Below are positions 58,509 to 64,000 of a DNA stretch of 64,000 bases, piece by piece. The stretch is taken from positions 96,001-160,000 of the IMG/VR virus record IMGVR_UViG_3300037067_018912; one strand, given 5' to 3'. How positions within the stretch are numbered: position 1 is the first letter of the stretch; every line of letters begins with the position of its first letter. Both the position numbers and the translations under genes were made by a program. Under the pieces are notes generated by a model. It saw only the letters and a program-made list of their open reading frames with translations, was not told where the DNA came from and did no database searches. This DNA is from a virus (lineage: Duplodnaviria > Caudoviricetes).

Positions 58509-59537
58509 TTAACTTACAATTATGCTGTAAACCCCCGTTATTCTGCTGTCCGACCTTGCAATATAATATTGATTGGCGTATCCACACTCATTAATGAATG
58601 TTAATGGGAACAGCGTACCCGCCAATAGACTCCCCCAAGCATTGTTTGGTAGACCGTTGATTGTGAACGATGGTGCTCCGAATGACGTGGGATATGCATA
58701 ATAGAAAAATTCATTATTGAATGTCAGCGAACAATTGAACGTCCTGCTTGTCGACAATTGACTTACTGACGAAGTACACATTGCAGCACAAGCGGTAGTG
58801 CAATTGCTTGAATAATAAGCCGTACCTGTTTTGAAATAGTATTTTTTATTCATCCATGTGATTGTTGCAGGATCAATAGCGATTTCATTTGCCGTGGTAG
58901 CAGCACTTAGATAGAATGCAACGCTTGTGGACGACGTACCTGTTGCAGGGGTCGCACCCGTAATATTAAACGTGTATGGTATAAGGCCATTCGTTGTTCC
59001 GGTTGTACCACCGGAGAATATTGTAGTATAGTAAACCCCATCTCCTCCGTCACTCGCCCTGATAACACAAACGTAATTGGTGTTCTTTATAACACTCCAA
59101 CAAAGATTGCCGTAAACACTATCCCCGAATTGCCTCGAATCACCACCAATTGGTGTTGCAATACTCAAACTCACACTCAACGGAATTGCGGGAACTAAGA
59201 TGGTTTGAAGAATACATTCGATCGTACATCCGCTTATAGCACTCCCGGTCGGTAAGCCGCCAACCGTCGTTGTGGTGGGTGACATTCCGTAATACCTACT
59301 GTCGCCAGACGCCGCCGTGGGTTCTAATGCAATTATACCACCACGGTATGTCATGACTTGGCCGTCGCTTGCAGGTGTTGCACCACTCGCTGTGATTATC
59401 ACACTACCGCTTGCCCCGTCGGAAAGGGTTAAACCACTCCACGACGAAATATTTGTCAATCCCGATAAGTTCAACTCACTGCCCGGAAGTTGTTTGAATT
59501 GAACGTCGTCTAAATTGGGTCTTGCGAAAAATGGCAT
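58509..59537 (-). CDS. Virion structural protein heading the fibre cluster
   Basis: MPFFARPNLDDVQFKQLPGSELNLSGLT N-terminal motif shared with three other cluster proteins. Confidence 0.65.
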   Translation of the reverse strand: MPFFARPNLDDVQFKQLPGSELNLSGLTNISSWSGLTLSDGASGSVIITASGATPASDGQVMTYRGGIIALEPTAASGDSRYYGMSPTTTTVGGLPTGSAISGCTIECILQTILVPAIPLSVSLSIATPIGGDSRQFGDSVYGNLCWSVIKNTNYVCVIRASDGGDGVYYTTIFSGGTTGTTNGLIPYTFNITGATPATGTSSTSVAFYLSAATTANEIAIDPATITWMNKKYYFKTGTAYYSSNCTTACAAMCTSSVSQLSTSRTFNCSLTFNNEFFYYAYPTSFGAPSFTINGLPNNAWGSLLAGTLFPLTFINECGYANQYYIARSDSRITGVYSIIVS

Positions 59538-59678
59538 ATTTTCTGATTTAGTTGTATTATATTATTTTCTCAAATCTCTTAACTGCATGACCGTCCAGTT
59601 AGTTACCTAAACCGGAGGTTTCGCTCCGGTTTGATTTATAATAAATACAACACAATCAGATTAAAAACACGTGCAAAT

Positions 59679-59709
59679 AAAAAAACCCGTGAGATTTTTC
59701 TCACGGGTT
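59679..59709 (-). terminator. Rho-independent terminator after the VWA/ARPP operon
   Basis: Sense AACCCGUGAGA-AAAA-UCUCACGGGUUUUUUU. Confidence 0.8.
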
Positions 59710-59785
59710 CATATATTCATGACAATCGCAGACTTTACTGCCAAAACGTTTTAATTTACCGTTGAACGGTATATCGTCATTTTAT

Positions 59786-60886
59786 TTACATAGCGAACCT
59801 TTGCTGCCTACGAGCCTTGTTCCTGAGTTCATTCACTTCACGGAGTGCGTTCGGATCGAATCTCTCTCTCTTAACCACACTCACGACATGGTTGAACTCA
59901 TTCTCGGTAATGACCTGACCGATGTACCCCTCGGTTTTGAGGATGTACGACTTCGGTGCTTTACTCGCCGAGGAAGGATTTCCTTCCGCATCAAGGGTCG
60001 CATCGAAGGTCAGTTCGAGCAGTTCTTGGATTTTTTCCTGAACGCTCGCTGTCATCTTCTGCTTCGTCCTTTTCAGAGCGGCCTCAAGCAGGTCTACAAT
60101 GTTGTCACGGTAGTCCTTCTTAATTTCCTCGTATGACTGCGAGAAGTTGTTCATCGTGGACTTATTCTTCAATTCGCTGATTATTGCAAGCGAACCGTAG
60201 CAGTCACGGATCATCAAATCCCACACCTGTTCGGCGTATGTGAAGGACGGGAACTTGTCGATTGCGACGATTTCACCGTCGATCAGCACGACTATACCGA
60301 TCAGATTCTTTGGACGTTCAAAGTGTGCAATGAACTGTTCAAGTTTCTTGTCATACTTATCGAAGTAGACATTAAGATACCTTCCTGCACCGGAATTAGT
60401 ATCATGGCCAAGTTTCTCAATCGCCGGATAAATCCTGCCAAGATTATGCGGTTGGCCGACAGTGTCGAAAACCATTTCACGCATTGTTACAGGAAGCATA
60501 CGGAACTCCTGAGTACCCCTGAACGTACCACCCTGCGAACCCTGAACGCAACCTGCGTCATTGAAGGTCACGCTCGACTTTTGAGCCATGTAACCCGCCT
60601 TGGTCATACCGTGGTTCTGCGCCGACTGCTTAGTTATAACAGCCATTTGCGTGGGCACAATAATCTCCTTGTCCTCCTTGTTAGTGAAGCCAATTTGACC
60701 ATAGTTGTTGTTACCCGCAACAAGTGCAGTCATGGGATTTCCAAAACGTTCGTCCATTGAATACTCCTTATCGGTCGTCAAACAGACGATTTGCATGTTC
60801 AAAATCGATTGAACTATGATGTTGCCGTCAGCGTCCTTGACGGGACGGCATCCTTTCAGCAATTCTACGAATTCTCTCGTGTTCAT
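59786..60886 (-). CDS. ARPP-1/DUF6569-like protein
   Basis: TNKEDKEIIVP...QNH...AGCVQ and FE....IGIVVLIDGEIVAIDKFPS......W..MIRDCYG resemble the family pattern (recalled, not searched). Confidence 0.55.
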   Translation of the reverse strand: MNTREFVELLKGCRPVKDADGNIIVQSILNMQIVCLTTDKEYSMDERFGNPMTALVAGNNNYGQIGFTNKEDKEIIVPTQMAVITKQSAQNHGMTKAGYMAQKSSVTFNDAGCVQGSQGGTFRGTQEFRMLPVTMREMVFDTVGQPHNLGRIYPAIEKLGHDTNSGAGRYLNVYFDKYDKKLEQFIAHFERPKNLIGIVVLIDGEIVAIDKFPSFTYAEQVWDLMIRDCYGSLAIISELKNKSTMNNFSQSYEEIKKDYRDNIVDLLEAALKRTKQKMTASVQEKIQELLELTFDATLDAEGNPSSASKAPKSYILKTEGYIGQVITENEFNHVVSVVKRERFDPNALREVNELRNKARRQQRFAM

Positions 60887-60897
60887 AACCGTAATTA

Positions 60898-62526
60898 TTA
60901 AGCGTTTACACTAATTTTCTTCAACCTCTTGACGGGTGCTGCTTCAAGAACAGCCACCTGATTTTCAAGCCACCTCTTGGTATCGATTTCAAGCAACCTT
61001 GCGTTGATCTGTGGTTGCAGTGCGACCGGGTTGTTTATCGCCATTGTGACGACTCCAGGACCCAACTTCCTCACATTCGCACCCATTTCAGCACTGACTA
61101 TCGGCGAAATTTGGAACACCGGAATGTCCCTGCCGCTTTCAGCCTTCCAAATCGAGATGACCTCGTTGGTCATGCCGTCATAAGCATTTTCATACCCGTC
61201 AGTCAAGATAAACATCGCATCAAACGGCTTCGAAGGATTCTCCTTCTTTAACAATTCGATGAACGAAGTTGCAAGATCGGTGACCTCATCCTTGGTTCTT
61301 ACAACGATGCTTGAATTCGCAGACCTTGCAAGAACTTTCGACGTAAAGTCGGCAATCGCCCTCGGCGTGTTCTTGGATTCTTGCTTGTGACCCGTCATCG
61401 AGTTGCTCTCGTCGAGCACAACACCGATGTTTTGATAGAAGAACCCTGTGATCTTCTTGCTTTCGGCAAGTTTATCAATCGCCACACCGATTTCACGAGT
61501 GAAACCGTTTTCATACCCCGTCTTGTACAGAGCAAGGAAATCGGTTGCCTTTTCGTAATCAACCGTCTTTTCAACACCCAACTTAGCCGTCGACTTCGTC
61601 TGACGGACTTGCTGGTTGACAGACGTCACTTCGGTAGACTTCCTGATCATTGCCTTGGTCGCCTCCCTTTGGAGTTTGGTCGCCCACATAGAATGATACT
61701 GCGGATGCCTTATGTTCGAGATCAAACCCAAAAGAACTTCTTCCGGGACGGTCTTGACACCTGTAATGTCACGCCTTGCCTTTTCGTATTCACTCAACAG
61801 CGGGAATTCGACTGCACCATAATCAACACCATCATTCCTTTTCATAATAAAGAGGAAGAGTTTGAACACCTTTATTGCTTCGATGTTGGTGTATCTCAAG
61901 ATGTGTTCGTTGACAATCTTTGCTTCCTTCTCGGTGCTTATGCCGGAAGGGTACGTCAACTGCTTGCGTGCGATAGTGACCAATATGGAGGCAGTTTTTC
62001 CACCATACACGTGTCTCAACGCCTTGGCAATCTTGTTACGGTACTTCATAGCATAGAATTCAAGGTTGTCCTGACCCCAAATGTACCCAAGCATGATCTT
62101 CCTCGACCTGTCGTTGTTCACCTTTGCATCTTTCAACGCAACGAACAAACGGAGGATATACGGAAGACCGTTCTCACCGAGGTTATTCAGGGCGCAAAGA
62201 ACCGCCTTGTCGCTCAATCCATTGTCGTACCAATCGATCGGGTTGACAATATGGTTCGCACCGCCCCGTAAAGTGTTTTTAAACTCATTGAGCAACACTT
62301 CGGAGATGAATTGACCTGTAGCACCCTTTTGGTTTGCCACGATCAATGGGAGTTCCTTTGAAAGAGTATACATTTTCTTTATCTGATCCTGTACGGCCTT
62401 CAATTGTTCGTCCTTCTTGTGGTAGTAAGTTGCACTACCCTTCGCAGCACTTGCAATAGTCAATCCTTCAATCAACGATTGTCTGATCGTGCCGAGCGTC
62501 TTTTGTGTCAATACCAAATCTTTCAT
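60898..62526 (-). CDS. 542-aa protein with helical N-terminal region and C-terminal VWA domain (Ro60/TROVE-like architecture)
   Basis: MIDAS VVLDESNSM, TDLA, FILTDGYEN in the last ~180 aa; size and layout match Ro60. The VWA call is firm; TROVE homology is inferred. Confidence 0.6.
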   Translation of the reverse strand: MKDLVLTQKTLGTIRQSLIEGLTIASAAKGSATYYHKKDEQLKAVQDQIKKMYTLSKELPLIVANQKGATGQFISEVLLNEFKNTLRGGANHIVNPIDWYDNGLSDKAVLCALNNLGENGLPYILRLFVALKDAKVNNDRSRKIMLGYIWGQDNLEFYAMKYRNKIAKALRHVYGGKTASILVTIARKQLTYPSGISTEKEAKIVNEHILRYTNIEAIKVFKLFLFIMKRNDGVDYGAVEFPLLSEYEKARRDITGVKTVPEEVLLGLISNIRHPQYHSMWATKLQREATKAMIRKSTEVTSVNQQVRQTKSTAKLGVEKTVDYEKATDFLALYKTGYENGFTREIGVAIDKLAESKKITGFFYQNIGVVLDESNSMTGHKQESKNTPRAIADFTSKVLARSANSSIVVRTKDEVTDLATSFIELLKKENPSKPFDAMFILTDGYENAYDGMTNEVISIWKAESGRDIPVFQISPIVSAEMGANVRKLGPGVVTMAINNPVALQPQINARLLEIDTKRWLENQVAVLEAAPVKRLKKISVNA

Positions 62527-62616
62527 CGTACAACAATTTTAATTTACAGTTATTCAAAAATCGCATGGTAAACATACGAATATTTTATTTCAATATCAAT
62601 TAAACCCAAAAAATAA

Positions 62617-62672
62617 ACAAAAAAAATGGGCAGATCGACCGACGCATTGCTGCGCCGATTCCCCCACCCATT
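62617..62672 (-). terminator. Long hairpin plus U-tract ending the ncRNA array
   Basis: Sense AUGGGUGGGGGAAUCGGCGCA-GCAA-UGCGUCGGUCGAUCUGCCCAU then UUUUUUUUG. Confidence 0.6.
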
Positions 62673-62703
62673 TAATTATAGGAATGTTCTTCTCTTCTTC
62701 GAT

Positions 62704-62806
62704 TAAGAAGAAGTGCGGTTGTATTGTCCTGTAAGTTTGCGCCCCCTACTCGAAAGCGGGAACGTTTCATGTTTCAATCTACTGAAAACACAGCCAGTTC
62801 TTCCCT
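62704..62806 (-). ncRNA. Module RNA A (stand-alone, with GC-rich hairpin insert)
   Basis: GGGAAG-AACU-GGCUGUGUUUU-CAGUA...GACAAUACAACC-GCA-CUUCUUCUU; the ends pair and N11 pairs with the distal strand. Confidence 0.7.
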
Positions 62807-63000
62807 ATTTTTTGTTTTTTGAAAAAATACAGCACTTCTGCCGTTAAAAACCATTCTTGACCATCAAATGTTAGGCGACGTGCCCCGTTTTTTACTAAAA
62901 ACTCTGACGCCGACAACCAAAAAATTCAAGCGGTGGGGTTTGCTTGTTTGACTTAAATTATAAATCCATTCGTTTTACCCATTTACCGCTTTTATAAAAA

Positions 63001-63141
63001 GGGGAACAGTTTGAAAGTAATTTTTGTTGTATTTGCAAGTTTACGAAACTCGTGCCTTAACCAACTTGGCTATTCGTCCAATTTTGGCGGACAAAGATGG
63101 AGTCGAACCATCGTTTTACTGGAATCACTTTCAGTTTTCCC
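63001..63141 (-). ncRNA. Module RNA B: circularly permuted tRNA-like RNA (T arm, closed acceptor stem, D arm, anticodon arm CGU) inside the module helix
   Basis: GAUGG-UUCGACU-CCAUC / UUUGUCC-GCCAAAAUU-GGACGAA / UA-GCC-AAGUUGGUUAA-GGC / CGAGU-UUCGUAA-ACUUG, flanked by an 11-bp UGAAAGUGAUU:AAUUACUUUCA helix. Confidence 0.85.
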
Positions 63142-63147
63142 ATTTTG

Positions 63148-63281
63148 AGGGGAGAGCCGGGATCGAACCGACAATCAATTGTTTAATAGACAATTTGCTT
63201 TACCTTTACTGGAAACACCATTAGTTCTCCTGTTGAGGAGCAATGAGATAGTATTTTTCGTTTTTGATTTGCTATCTCCCC
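63148..63281 (-). ncRNA. Module RNA C: tRNA-like RNA (anticodon AUU) with ~60-nt module inserted in the D-loop
   Basis: Acceptor GGGGAGA:UCUCCCC; AUUGU-CUAUUAA-ACAAU; GUCGG-UUCGAUC-CCGGC. The insert carries AACU-N11-CAGUA. Confidence 0.8.
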
Positions 63282-63315
63282 TTGTAATCAATAAAAAAAG
63301 AACTCTTAAAAAATC

Positions 63316-63392
63316 AGAAGAAATTTGTTGGTTTTTGTTTTGTAGATATTGAATTTGCCTCTCAATTTACTGAAAAAACCATCAGTTCTTCC
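63316..63392 (-). ncRNA. Module RNA D (minimal stand-alone form)
   Basis: GGAAG-AACU-GAUGGUUUUUU-CAGUA, short AUUGAG:UUCAAU hairpin, then AAAAACCAACA-AAU-UUCUUC. Confidence 0.7.
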
Positions 63393-63493
63393 TCAATGCC
63401 GATATTGAATGTGGTGTCGGCCTAATTCGGCCTCGATCTTACACTGTCTATCATCAGAACCACTAAACCACTCTCATGATCTCAATATACTTG

Positions 63494-63567
63494 TAGCGGG
63501 AGAGGGATTTGAACCCTCGAACTCTTGGTTATGAGCCAAGCGAGATGCCGGACTTCTCCACCCCGCA
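63494..63567 (-). tRNA. tRNA-Met(CAU), initiator-like 1:72 mismatch, CCA not encoded
   Basis: UGCGGGG UG GAGA-AGUCCGGCA-UCUC G CUUGG-CUCAUAA-CCAAG AGUUC GAGGG-UUCAAAU-CCCUC UCCCGCU A. Confidence 0.9.
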
Positions 63568-63644
63568 ATGTGAAACGTTGATTCGGGTTCAACGTTTAAA
63601 ACCTTTACAAATTCCTTACACAAGGTAAAGAACTAAAATTTAAA

Positions 63645-63768
63645 AAGGATAGTTTGTTTGTTGTCTTGTTTTTAACAAAATCGGACTTGAACCGACAACG
63701 TACTGCTCTGAAGGCAATTCCTCTTCCAATTGAGGTATTTGTTTACTGAAACAACACTCAGTTTCCTT
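63645..63768 (-). ncRNA. Module RNA F: complete tRNA-like body (63672-63744, anticodon UCA) extended at its acceptor ends by the module
   Basis: AAACAAA UA CCUC-AAUUGGAA-GAGG A AUUGC-CUUCAGA-GCAGU ACGUU GUCGG-UUCAAGU-CCGAU UUUGUUA, inside AAGGA-AACU-N11-CAGU...AGACAACA..UCCUU. Confidence 0.8.
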
Positions 63769-63774
63769 TTTTTG

Positions 63775-63907
63775 TGGGGAGAGTCGGATTTGAACCAACA
63801 ATCAATTGTTTTACGGACAATTTGCTTTACCTATTACTGTAAACACTAATAGTTCTCCTGTTAAGGAGTATGAGATAGTATTTTCGTTTTGTTTTTGCTA
63901 TCTCCCC
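63775..63907 (-). ncRNA. Module RNA G: paralogue of RNA C (anticodon loop CCGUAAA), module in D-loop
   Basis: Diverged direct repeat of 63148-63281 with stems preserved and the anticodon changed to GUA. Confidence 0.8.
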
Positions 63908-63926
63908 ATGTAAAATTCAAAATTTA

Positions 63927-63934
63927 AAAGAACT
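63927..63934 (-). promoter_or_regulatory. boxA-like antitermination element AGTTCTTT (also at 63627-63634 and 63297-63304)
   Basis: The same 8-mer occurs three times in spacers upstream of RNA G, tRNA-Met and RNA C; it resembles rrn-type boxA. Confidence 0.5.
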
Positions 63935-63954
63935 CTTTTGTCATTAAGACGATG

Positions 63955-63986
63955 CAAACATAATTCGAATTTTTTAATTCTCCAAA
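63955..63986 (-). promoter_or_regulatory. Bacteroidota primary-sigma promoter driving the ncRNA array
   Basis: Sense TTTG-N20-TATGTTTG, an exact fit to the TTTG-N19-21-TAnnTTTG consensus. Confidence 0.75.
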
Positions 63987-64000
63987 TGTTTTTGCAAAAA

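Noticed and set aside
1435-63224. Plus-strand ORFs in the track (e.g. 2412..3077, 52044..52673, 61381..62271, 63024..63224)
   Set aside because: They are antisense shadows of minus-strand genes or of the ncRNAs, with no recognisable motifs.
63148-63281. D-loop insert as a tRNA intron
   Set aside because: It is far too short for a group I/II intron, I see no clear bulge-helix-bulge, and the same module occurs free-standing and at other tRNA positions.
62780-63854. TACTG-N10-CAG resembles a proteobacterial LexA SOS box
   Set aside because: Only one copy has CTGT, none has ACAG, and two end in TAG. All lie inside structured RNAs where the spacer covaries with a distal strand, which a DNA operator would not need. 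The promoter evidence points to Bacteroidota.
62704-63907. CRISPR array interpretation of the repeated motif
   Set aside because: The conserved part is only 9 nt split by a variable core, spacing is irregular, and there are no cas genes in the window.
1-64000. Alternative genetic code (stop-codon reassignment)
   Set aside because: Long intact ORFs tile the minus strand under the standard code, and TAA, TAG and TGA all end genes.

Overview
64 kb of a large tailed (jumbo-type, probably myovirus-like) phage genome. Every credible gene is on the minus strand and uses the standard code. TTTG-N20-TAnnTTTG promoters and AT-rich leaders point to a Bacteroidota host. Left to right: baseplate wedge genes (gp6-like, gp25-like); a glycosyltransferase; a late-expressed accessory block (ParB-like protein; a 1507-aa polyprotein with ART-like, GNAT, CCA-adding, 2H phosphoesterase and HAD phosphatase domains; kinase-like, WYL-like and Nudix proteins); family B DNA polymerase and SNF2 helicase; a ~38 kb cluster of modular, Cys-rich, [ST]GxT-rich tail-fibre/virion-surface proteins containing a second glycosyltransferase; then an ARPP-1/DUF6569-like gene and a Ro60-sized VWA protein. 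The most striking element is the non-coding array at 62.7-63.9 kb just upstream of the VWA gene. It holds six copies of an RNA module I do not recognise (AACU-N11-CAGUA, with the variable N11 paired to a covarying distal strand). The module stands alone in two copies. In the other four it is grafted onto tRNA scaffolds at three different points: variable loop (circularly permuted tRNA), D-loop (twice) and acceptor ends (tRNA with a UCA anticodon). This looks like a candidate Ro/Y-RNA-like ribonucleoprotein system. Protein calls come from motif recognition by eye, not database searches.
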